DNA of 39,796 nt from Macrostomum lignano (taxonomy: Eukaryota). Every line of letters starts with the position of its first letter. The stretch's first letter is position 1. Of the stretch, positions 12,418 to 20,968 are shown in pieces. The notes beneath the pieces are model-generated. The model was given only the letters and a program-made list of their open reading frames with translations. It had not been told where the DNA came from and did no database searches. The stretch is taken from the NCBI GenBank assembly GCA_002269645.1, contig NIVC01000066.1, positions 1 to 39,796 on the forward strand, read 5' to 3'. Both the position numbers and the translations under genes were made by a program.

Positions 12418-13040
12418 ACTAGACACATTCCTGGACACAGCTCCGCATGGCACTAGACACATTTCTGGACACAGCTCCGCATGGCACTAGACACATTTCT
12501 GGACAAAGCTCCGCATGGCACTAGACACATTTCTGGACACAGCTCCGCATGGCACTAGACACATTCCTGGACACAGCTCCGCATGGCACTAGACACATTC
12601 CTGGACACAGCTCCGCATGGCACTAGACACATTCCTGGACACAGCTTCGCATAGAACTAGACACATTCCTGGACACAGCTCCGCATGGCACTAGACACAT
12701 TCCTGGACACAGCTCCGCATGGCACTAGACACATTCCTGGACACAGCTTCGCATAGAACTAGACACATTCCTGGACACAGCTCCGCATGGCACTAGACAC
12801 ATTCCTGGACACAGCTCCGCATAGCACTAGACACATTCCTGGACACAGCTCCGCATGGCACTAGACACATTCCTGGACACAGCTCACGCGGCACTAGACA
12901 CATTCCTGGACACAGCTCCGCATGGCACTAGACACATTCCTGGACACAGCTCACGCGGCACTAGACACATTCCTGGACACAGCTCCACATAGAACTAGAC
13001 ACATTCCTGGACACAGCTCACGCGGCACTAGACACATTCC
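12418..13040. repeat. 34-bp tandem repeat, about 18 units
   Basis: Unit GGCACTAGACACATTCCTGGACACAGCTCCGCAT with 32- and 35-bp variants; no unique spacers. Confidence 0.95.
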
Positions 13041-13319
13041 TATTCAGCTAATTCATGCAGCCGATCAAATCTCGCCTGAATCCTGTCCACCTTCATTGGC
13101 TCACCATCAAAATAGTCTTCGTCGTTCAGGTCGTCAAAGGCGTTCTGCTCGTCGAATTCAAAGCTCCCGCCTGGCGCCGTATTGGCCAGATGGTGCATGC
13201 CCAACTGAGCGTAGGCGTCCGGCGCCGCGAATCTAAACTGATCTGTCGGGTAATAGTCCTGCCGGATGTCCGACGGTAGGTCGACCTGTTTGAGAAGATT
13301 AAAAAGGCGAATTGAGGAG
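13040..13319 (-). pseudogene. Possible 3' part of an unidentified coding sequence abutting the Polinton left end
   Basis: About 92 open codons of protein-like composition (IRLFNLLKQVDLPSDIRQDYYPTDQFRF...RLHELAE*) running from the element terminus; no family recognised. Confidence 0.3.
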
Positions 13320-13908
13320 AGTAGAAGGCATGAGGGGGCTTCTGGGACAAAATTTTTCACCTCCTCCATAATCCCATTAAATCCATCCATATTATCCCTG
13401 ACAGAATCAGAAAAAAAGGGGGGTCGCACCTGCTCACAAAACATCGTCCATAATCCCATTAAATCCATCCATATTATCCCCGACAGAATCAGAAAAAAAG
13501 GGGGGTCGCACTCGCTCACAAAACGTCCTCCATAATCCCATTAAATCCATCCATATTATCCTTGACAGAATAAGAAAAAAAGGGGGGTCGCACCCGCTCA
13601 CAAAACGTCCTCCATAATCCCATTAAATCTATCTATATTATCCCCGACAGAATCTTGAAAAAGGGGAGGGGTTGCACTTGATCCGAAAACTTTAATCCCA
13701 TTAAATCCATCCATATTATGACTGACAGAATATGGGAATATGGGTCCACTGACACCTGTTATGCTCACTGACACCGACATCCACCCATAGCATGTTCGAA
13801 ACAATCAGAAAATAATCTGCATTCTTCTCCCCACATTCAATCCGCAACGTGCTACCACATCCCTAAGACTTTAAATCATCAGCGCAGGGTCCTCACCCTT
13901 TGAAAAAA
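13320..13908 (+). repeat. Left terminal inverted repeat with 82-bp internal tandem subrepeats (4 plus a partial)
   Basis: Reverse complement of 29121-29587; subrepeat heads CCATAATCCCATTAAATC at 13366, 13448, 13530, 13612. Confidence 0.92.
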
Positions 13909-13926
13909 ATTAAATTCTCAATAAAA

Positions 13927-14163
13927 ATGTTTCCAGTTGTCTCTCCAGGTTCTTATTATACTCAGCCTAATCCATTGTACAAATCCAAGTACCAATGCAA
14001 ACTTGAATGCAGCGAATACATGAGAAAATATTGGCCCAGCGATGATATCAATGTCCCTAATATTAATCAAGCACTTAAATCTCACTGGTTTGAAAAACAC
14101 GGAGTAGTCATTAACAATTTTGACAGCTATTATAACTTTGCTGAAGTTATAAGGCAGTTGTAG
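13927..14163 (+). CDS. Small Polinton ORF of unknown function (78 aa)
   Basis: ATG preceded by AAAAA like other genes of the element; fills the gap between TIR and penton gene, convergent with it. Confidence 0.45.
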   Translation: MFPVVSPGSYYTQPNPLYKSKYQCKLECSEYMRKYWPSDDINVPNINQALKSHWFEKHGVVINNFDSYYNFAEVIRQL

Positions 14164-14224
14164 TAGCCAACTACACGGTTGTACCTGGCGGCTTATATCG
14201 TAATTTTACAAGTCTGAAGACGAC

Positions 14225-15082
14225 TCACATTCTCTCAATAATAATTGTTAGCACAAACTCTTCCCCGTTAAAATCAACACCAACGCCATCCTCTGTTTCA
14301 AACTGCAGAATGATTTCATGTATCTCTCTATTACTCAGAATCACTCTTTTCACGGGGTTTGGCTTTTGCACAAGCATTTTGCCACCAGCAACAGAGTTTG
14401 AAATGTTAAAAAGTATGTTGCTTCGTTTGCCCTTGAATATCCAATCATGGCTCAGATTGCTGCGAATTAATATATTCAAACCTTTGACAATGTCAGCGAT
14501 ATTTGGCGCCAAGTACATACCGGATATTAGCCGGGACACAGCAACAGTGCCAGGCGCCTGCAGCGGGCTTTGGTCTGTGGCGCCACCATAAACTCTCTTT
14601 TCAAATCCCAACTCGCGATACCAAGTGCCATCTTTAAACTCTACCTCTGCGTCCTTATGAACTTGCAAGACAACTCTCATGACAGTTAGATCATAAGTTA
14701 ATCTAACAGGGAACAGTTTATTTTCTGGTTTGCTTTCATCCGGTATCTCAAAATGCTTTCGTTTAGTGAAGACGTTCTCCAAGAAGTAATTATAAGTATC
14801 CACGCTCTGTGTGCTGACTGGAAATATCACAACCTCTGTTGTAGTACGCTTCCATTTGTAATAAAACTTGTTATTTTCCGCTGTCACATTGGGAACATTT
14901 GACCACCCAGTGAAATCATTGAGATAGACGTGGTAATTCGCCTCGGGATCCAAACGAAGTGGTTGCTCCAATTTTTGAATGAAGATTCCGTTTGACTCAG
15001 TAATGCGACCCGCTACAGTGATTGGAATGCTCTCCTTAGAGTGTGAAACAATGTTGTTCAGTCTTTCGGCTATGGCTTCCAT
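14225..15082 (-). CDS. Minor capsid (penton, single jelly-roll) protein
   Basis: 285 aa, beta-rich; NVPNVTAENNKFYY, LNILIRSNL, C-terminal EIILQFETEDGVGVDFNGEEFVLTIII resembling Polinton PX/penton; adjacent to the MCP gene. Confidence 0.8.
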   Translation of the reverse strand: MEAIAERLNNIVSHSKESIPITVAGRITESNGIFIQKLEQPLRLDPEANYHVYLNDFTGWSNVPNVTAENNKFYYKWKRTTTEVVIFPVSTQSVDTYNYFLENVFTKRKHFEIPDESKPENKLFPVRLTYDLTVMRVVLQVHKDAEVEFKDGTWYRELGFEKRVYGGATDQSPLQAPGTVAVSRLISGMYLAPNIADIVKGLNILIRSNLSHDWIFKGKRSNILFNISNSVAGGKMLVQKPNPVKRVILSNREIHEIILQFETEDGVGVDFNGEEFVLTIIIERM

Positions 15083-15104
15083 TTTTTTATTGAAAAAAAA
15101 TTAT

Positions 15105-16400
15105 TCAAACTTTACTAGACGAGTTATTGATCATATTGACCTTGATCTTCCTCTCAAATGCATAGATAATAAACAGATCAACAGCCGTTGCGGCACCAAA
15201 TTCTTTCCGCTCGATATTAGTCACAATGTTAACAGGGCTATTGTCTGTAGGCATTTGTCTAGCAGTCACATCAACACCAAATATTGGATATAGTTTTTTA
15301 TACTGCAAGGTTGTCAAAACAATACCGTTATTCTCTTTGACAGCCAAGTCCGACAGTTCATTGTAAAACTTACTAATCTTGTTCTCCGAGAAATTCCCAT
15401 TTTGTGGCAATGCAGGGTATAAATTGTCACTGATCTCATGTTGAATCGATCGAATGTTTCCATGTAGATATCTACCTACATTAGTTGTATTCCTCATAGT
15501 GACAATAATGTACCTTGGATTGCTACAGGAGCCTTCTTTAATGCAAATATTGTGTCTTGCGTCATTCCGCTCATCTCTGCACATATAAGCTGTATAAGCA
15601 ACATCAATGTCTTTCTCAATCGCCTTCAAGTATTCAGCTTTGAGTGCAGTCTTGGGCTCAATAATTTCTAAGTACAGCTCCACGCTAGTTAGCTTAATCT
15701 CCATCGATGTATGATTGGCCCCCGACCAAATTCCTCTGTTCCGATCATCTCTAGTCAGTCTAAATGTGTAGCTAAAGTTGCTTGTCAACCGATTGAAACT
15801 ATTACAGAAACCACTCATAAACCTCAAAGGTACAAAAATATCTACAGACCTAAACAGCGGATTCTTAGCAGCATCGTTCTCACCAGCAAGAGCATAGTTG
15901 TATCTCTCCTTTCTCTTTTTGTAACCAGGGTCATTCTCATCTCCTGTCTGTTCATTGGGGATGAATCCAGCACCGCTCCCCATCTGAATAAAATCCGGGT
16001 TCTCAATCAAGCACTGGGTATCATAGACCACACCAAAGTTTGCTATTCTTTCCAACTCTGTACTTCCATTGGACACATTAAACTCTTTGAACATATAAGC
16101 CCAGAAATTACTGGTTAGTGCGACATCCGCATTGTGTAGATCATCATTAGCATGAGCGGCGTCTGCGCCTCCTTTAGTTTTGAATTGAAACGTCATATAG
16201 AAGCCGCTCCTTAGACTGTGGACACTGACCAAAGACGAACATCCATTGTATGTAAATGTCAGTGTTTGGCCAGGACCGAGATTAGTTTCATTCTGATTTT
16301 CCTGACTGGGAACTCTTACCTGAGTCGCTTTGATTGTGCTATCATCACTCAAAATAGGCTTGTTAATTTTGTAGAAAACTGGTGTCAGTGGGTCGTTCAT
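15105..16400 (-). CDS. Major capsid protein (double jelly-roll, Polinton PY/hexon-like)
   Basis: 431 aa; IFVPLRFMSGFCNSF, NPRYIIV, LYP...NF, YKKLYPIFGVDV and YAFERKIKV motifs match the Polinton MCP pattern. Confidence 0.85.
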   Translation of the reverse strand: MNDPLTPVFYKINKPILSDDSTIKATQVRVPSQENQNETNLGPGQTLTFTYNGCSSLVSVHSLRSGFYMTFQFKTKGGADAAHANDDLHNADVALTSNFWAYMFKEFNVSNGSTELERIANFGVVYDTQCLIENPDFIQMGSGAGFIPNEQTGDENDPGYKKRKERYNYALAGENDAAKNPLFRSVDIFVPLRFMSGFCNSFNRLTSNFSYTFRLTRDDRNRGIWSGANHTSMEIKLTSVELYLEIIEPKTALKAEYLKAIEKDIDVAYTAYMCRDERNDARHNICIKEGSCSNPRYIIVTMRNTTNVGRYLHGNIRSIQHEISDNLYPALPQNGNFSENKISKFYNELSDLAVKENNGIVLTTLQYKKLYPIFGVDVTARQMPTDNSPVNIVTNIERKEFGAATAVDLFIIYAFERKIKVNMINNSSSKV

Positions 16401-16430
16401 TTTTTAACTAAAAATAAAATAAAATAAGAA

Positions 16431-17657
16431 ATGAAGCGAAAAAGTACACAGCAGATATCTGAACTAGAAAAGCTGGCGCAGGCAGAAAAGAGAGTTACCA
16501 AGCTAATAAATAAGGAGCAACAATCCTACAATGAGTTTGTCCAAGCAGCCACAGAGTTTCATAAACCCGGGTATGGAGAAGCTAAGAAAAATATTGATCA
16601 GGTCAAAGAAACTATCGACGACATACAGGAAACCCAAGTGCAAAAGGTTTTGGGCAAAATTCCAGAAGCACCACAGATACAACCGCAACGACAGATACAA
16701 CCGCAACCACAACAATCACAACCACAACAATCACAACCACAACAGCAACTAAAAGTGACAGATAACATTTTTGGACCAGTAGAGCGTGTCGAACATGATG
16801 GGAAATATGTATTTGGAATAAGTATGTGGAGAAAAAACATTTATAATGAACCAGTGGAATATTATATCGACATAAATAAGGAAAATATTTCTGTTGTCAA
16901 AGGCTCAGAAGCTATGAAAATTCCTTTCACAGACGCCTTACTGACTTTTATGACCAAGAACCAAGAGAGAATCTCGGACAAGCAGCTAAAGAACTACAGA
17001 GATCTAGTGACTTTTTCTCTTGCTAGAGATATAGAAATACTAAAGGTCCCAGAAGTTCTGAAACACATGTACAATGGCGGTGTCAACCTGACTAAATTCA
17101 AAAAGTACAAGCACTTTAAACAATGGTTTGGTTTGCCAGATCAGGCGGAAGTCATAAAATATCTAGAACAACAACAACAACAGCAACAACAACCACAACC
17201 ACAGCAGCAGCAACATTTCACAGAAGTACTCAGGCAACTGGAAAATGCAGATCCGACTCAAGTAGCTGAATATAAGAAACAAAACCCAACAGATTGGCAA
17301 CACTTAGAACAACACTCTCCAGATCGAATGAACAGAATCAAGCAAAGAGTTTTCACACCTCAACAAAGACAGGCACCACATGACAGTTCCATCTCTGAAA
17401 GTGAGCAGTCTTTTGCATCACCTCCCCAGCAGCCACAAGCCCAACCAACTCCACAACCTCAAGACCAACCGCCCTCAACTGGAAAAGGAATTTCTGAAAT
17501 CTACAAGCGAGTAGCGGTTCTTCTAGGAGCGGCAAAGACCGGAATGAAAGATGAAAATAGAAAAGAATTTGTCAACATCCTGGACAAAATGCTTGAGAGA
17601 AAATACATCGATAAGAGGGCGAGAGAGCTTCTGCTTTCGCGGTTCAACAAAAAATAA
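16431..17657 (+). CDS. Polinton accessory/structural protein with Gln-rich tracts and a C-terminal helical domain
   Basis: 408-aa open frame; C-terminal TGKG-ISEIYKRVAVLLGAAKTG...EFVNILDKML resembles a recurrent Polinton ORF C-terminus (recalled, not searched). Confidence 0.75.
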   Translation: MKRKSTQQISELEKLAQAEKRVTKLINKEQQSYNEFVQAATEFHKPGYGEAKKNIDQVKETIDDIQETQVQKVLGKIPEAPQIQPQRQIQPQPQQSQPQQSQPQQQLKVTDNIFGPVERVEHDGKYVFGISMWRKNIYNEPVEYYIDINKENISVVKGSEAMKIPFTDALLTFMTKNQERISDKQLKNYRDLVTFSLARDIEILKVPEVLKHMYNGGVNLTKFKKYKHFKQWFGLPDQAEVIKYLEQQQQQQQQPQPQQQQHFTEVLRQLENADPTQVAEYKKQNPTDWQHLEQHSPDRMNRIKQRVFTPQQRQAPHDSSISESEQSFASPPQQPQAQPTPQPQDQPPSTGKGISEIYKRVAVLLGAAKTGMKDENRKEFVNILDKMLERKYIDKRARELLLSRFNKK

Positions 17658-17673
17658 TTTATTTCAAGTAAAA

Positions 17674-18063
17674 ATGCCTCTTATTTTCGAAAAAGACATT
17701 GACAAATACTATGACAAAGAGGAACTTAATCTCATTAAACGCGGATCTGGACTTTTCCCTGCAGGCCACTATCCAAGAAAAGAACGCTCTGGGAATGGCC
17801 TTGCTGATTTGATCGCTCAGGGGGCTAAGATTTTTAAGGTCATTGGAGAGAACAAAGAGAACATCAAGAACGTTGCCGAAGCGGCTGGCAGTGTAGCCAC
17901 AGCAGCCAAAAAGATAAAGGATACTGTAACACCTAAACAAGAGATTCAACCTCCACTGGCCCCGCTGGCCCCGCTGGCCCCAAATCCAGACAGTGTGGAC
18001 CCTGCAGTCTATGAGAAGATGAGAGCAAGCATTAAAAAAGGAAGTGGTTTCAAATTTGACTAA
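17674..18063 (+). CDS. Basic core-protein-like ORF with GxG maturation-site motifs (129 aa)
   Basis: ATG after AAAA; KRGSG-L, RSGNG-L, KKGSG-F motifs and an amphipathic segment. Confidence 0.65.
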   Translation: MPLIFEKDIDKYYDKEELNLIKRGSGLFPAGHYPRKERSGNGLADLIAQGAKIFKVIGENKENIKNVAEAAGSVATAAKKIKDTVTPKQEIQPPLAPLAPLAPNPDSVDPAVYEKMRASIKKGSGFKFD

Positions 18064-18105
18064 AGGTACTTTCCGAGGGTACAAGAAATGTAAAGGTACA
18101 AGACT

Positions 18106-18210
18106 AGTCCCGAAATGACACATCTAAGTCCCAAAATGACACATCCAAGTCCCAAAATGACACATCTAAGTCCCAAAATAACACATTTAAGTCCCGAAAT
18201 GACACATCTA
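18106..18210. repeat. 21-bp tandem repeat, 5 units, intergenic
   Basis: AGTCCC(G/A)AAATGACACATCTA x5, ending 35 bp upstream of the ATPase ATG. Confidence 0.92.
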
Positions 18211-18245
18211 AATGATTTATTATTTAATTTTTTTTCATAGAAAAA

Positions 18246-19046
18246 ATGGACTTTTCAAACGACTTCAATCCTCACTGGACGCGTAATCAGATTAAGTTTT
18301 CTCATCATGAGTCAATCCCGAGTCACTTCAGATGCATTGTTGTTGGTTCATCAGGTTCAGGTAAAACATTCAGAGTCTTTAACATGCTTCTTAGACCTGG
18401 CTTTATCGACTATGACACTCTGCACATCTACTCTCCCACACTGTATCAAGATGAGTATAGAATGCTGATTGCAGGGCTTCAAAACAAGCTGAACAAAGAG
18501 GACATTATTGCATGTTTTAATAACCAAATGAGCCTTCCCAGTAACCCTGAAATTGTAGCTGCCGAATATGCAAAGCACCTCAAAGACAATGAAAAATGGC
18601 AGAACATTAAAGTGTTCACCTATGGAGATCCACAGGCTGATCCAAAGACCAAACTTCTACCCCAACCAGATGAGCTAGAAAAGGGGAGAAAGCATTTGAT
18701 CGTCTTTGATGATTGTATGACAGGCCCACAGAAGCAGATAGAAAACTATTTTACAAGAGGGCGACATAACAATTGTAATGTAATTTACATTGCACAGAAC
18801 TGGTTCGAGCTCCCGAACAAAACAATTCGTGGGAACTGCAATCTGATTCTCCTGTTTCCAACCATTCCACAGGACAGGTTAAAAAGATTTTACAATGAGG
18901 TCATTGCGCCTGCCTATTTCATAAATCCAACAAAAAACTCAAGCAGAAAGATTTCACAAGAGGAATTCGTTAATCTTTGCTATGACAAGTGGAATCAGCC
19001 TTACCAGTTTGTGATTATCAGCAAAGAAAAAAGAACTGTAATTTAA
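18246..19046 (+). CDS. Genome-packaging ATPase (A32/FtsK-HerA family)
   Basis: Walker A GSSGSGKT, Walker B LIVFDD, FTRGRHNN arginine motif, IYIAQ. Confidence 0.93.
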   Translation: MDFSNDFNPHWTRNQIKFSHHESIPSHFRCIVVGSSGSGKTFRVFNMLLRPGFIDYDTLHIYSPTLYQDEYRMLIAGLQNKLNKEDIIACFNNQMSLPSNPEIVAAEYAKHLKDNEKWQNIKVFTYGDPQADPKTKLLPQPDELEKGRKHLIVFDDCMTGPQKQIENYFTRGRHNNCNVIYIAQNWFELPNKTIRGNCNLILLFPTIPQDRLKRFYNEVIAPAYFINPTKNSSRKISQEEFVNLCYDKWNQPYQFVIISKEKRTVI

Positions 19047-19062
19047 AATTTGCTATTAAAAG

Positions 19063-19800
19063 ATGTCAATAAACTTTGCAGGTGAATCCATTTCTGGCAA
19101 CAGCGCTCTTACATCAGCTCAATATCCATCCTTGACAGGCGATATATCAACAGCGACGAAAAGATCCCAGAGATCAAACTGAATAAAAACAGACTGAAAC
19201 AATTAGAGCGCTCCATGCACCAGCTACAGATAAACATGAAGATCTCAGGCTTAAAGTAGCTAGGCAGAAGTTTGAAAGTGATAAGCTTTATGCCAGTTGT
19301 CACGCAACTAATGAACTTAGGTCAGAAATAACTTCGATAGTCTCGCAAATCAACGGTTTAAGAACAAATTTAGCATCGACAATTAATCTTCTGAGAAACT
19401 CCATTGATAGGCGGATGCGCATTCTTGAAGAAGGAGTTTTCACAAACACAGCTAAAGTGAGAATTTAGAAGAGTTCATGAACCAGTCAACAGCATTGCAT
19501 GATAGAATTAAAGAAAACGTCGCAACCAACACATGTAAAGTGAGGAATTTAGAAGAGTTCATGACTCAGTCAACAGCGTTGCATGATCAAATCAAAGTAA
19601 GAATTACTGCAAATAAAGTCTTTGTAGATTTAGTTTTTACCGAATGGCAGAAATCGGTGAGAAGAATCGGTCGTCTTGAACGCTTGCATAATCTCAAAAA
19701 CATTGACGCTGAAGAGGCACCACAGACCACAAGGGAAACAAGTGATCCAACCGACTTGTTTGAGATCATGCGTAGAATGGAGCTCACAGATAATGAATAG
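19063..19800 (+). pseudogene. Frameshifted coiled-coil ORF, possibly fibre-like
   Basis: MSINFAGES / LDRRYINSDEKIPEIKLNKNRL / APATDKHEDLRLK...RILEEGVFTNTAKVR / NLEEFM(N/T)QSTALHD(R/Q)IK x2 read in successive frames; the ORF track shows only the last 107 aa. Confidence 0.5.
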
Positions 19801-19908
19801 GCAGATTCAGAGACCTGTTGCCGTCACTGCAGACGAAGCAATCAACCGTAAAACAAATCTAACCACCACCAACTAGTTGCCGATTTTTTTTAAAAAATTC
19901 CCTTAAAA

Positions 19909-20565
19909 ATGGATGCTCAAAATTCTCTTTATGATCCGAACGCTCCCACAACACCTAGTGCACCTAGTGCACCCCAATATGAGCAACAAAAACTCTACCC
20001 CGTCATTACTTGTAACTCTCAACAGTTTCGACTAGTGGAGATTCAAAAAATGCGCGATGATCTTGAAAAAAATATTTTCCACAACACAAAGAAAATTAAG
20101 CGCTATGACAACCACTGTAAATTTTTCGACTACAGCAATATGATTCTAGGATCTGTGTCTGTTCTATCTGGATCTGCTGCAGCTGTCTCAGTGTTGCCAG
20201 TCATCACAGCCCCAATCGCAATCCCGCTCGGCTCTGTGGGTGCTGCATGTGGACTTATTTCAGCAATTACTGGAGCATTAGCGCGAAACAGGCGAAAAAA
20301 ACTAAAGCAGCTACAGGAGAAGCAAGTAAAAGAGAAAGGGGTGCACACTTCAATCATAGGGTACATTTCAAGGGCAATCGAGGATAAGTTCATTTCAGAG
20401 GATGAGTTCAAAACCATTCAGGATCTTTATGAACAATCAATTCGAATGAACTTGAACATGGTCGGTACTGATGACATGAGTCAGCTGAGAAATGAACTCG
20501 AGAAAGTTCTTCAACATTATGTGGAAAGAAGGACAACGAGAAGGACAACGAGAAATGCACAATGA
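19909..20565 (+). CDS. Polinton accessory protein with a hydrophobic hairpin
   Basis: 218 aa; LYP...FRLVEIQ, a ~45-residue hydrophobic Gly/Ala-rich stretch, basic RNRRKKLK, and DKFISEDEF. Confidence 0.8.
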   Translation: MDAQNSLYDPNAPTTPSAPSAPQYEQQKLYPVITCNSQQFRLVEIQKMRDDLEKNIFHNTKKIKRYDNHCKFFDYSNMILGSVSVLSGSAAAVSVLPVITAPIAIPLGSVGAACGLISAITGALARNRRKKLKQLQEKQVKEKGVHTSIIGYISRAIEDKFISEDEFKTIQDLYEQSIRMNLNMVGTDDMSQLRNELEKVLQHYVERRTTRRTTRNAQ

Positions 20566-20568
20566 ACC

Positions 20569-20968
20569 CTATGAAACACAGCCAAGAATAATTTCCTTGT
20601 AGGTCTTTCGTGTTTTGGTCATTGCATACAAAACAGTCATGCACAGCTCACCGCAAATATCACTGCTAAGACCTTGGAGAATAAAGTCTGAGCGATAAAT
20701 TTTTTTATTATTTTTCCCTTCATATAATTTCTTAGCTCTTCTGGTACTGCCGTCCCATAGCTATCGAAGTAATAACACTTGTGCTTGCGATCGGGATCAA
20801 TCACCCAGCAAACCCAATGAGATCCTGGCTTATCGGTGGTGTCAAAGTTCATGATGCCGCATTCTTTCTTAGAGGAAAATCAGGCAGAGTGTCCCTCATA
20901 AATATTCCTCTAAAGTTTGGGATTTCCAGTTCGTTAGCCAAATCTTCAAGAAAGTTATTTGTCGTCAT
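20569..20968 (-). pseudogene. Adenain-like cysteine maturation protease, two frameshifts as assembled
   Basis: FRGIFMRDTLP / ECGIMNFD...GSHWVCW...YYFDSYG / IYRSDFILQGLSSDICGELC: catalytic H, D, Q and C all present. Confidence 0.9.

Noticed and set aside
11992-12490. Overlapping ORFs of 87-129 aa left of the 34-bp array
   Set aside because: No recognisable domain and no way to choose a frame; may be a decayed gene.
12418-13040. 34-bp repeats as a CRISPR array
   Set aside because: Units are contiguous with no unique spacers, there are no cas genes, and the context is eukaryotic.
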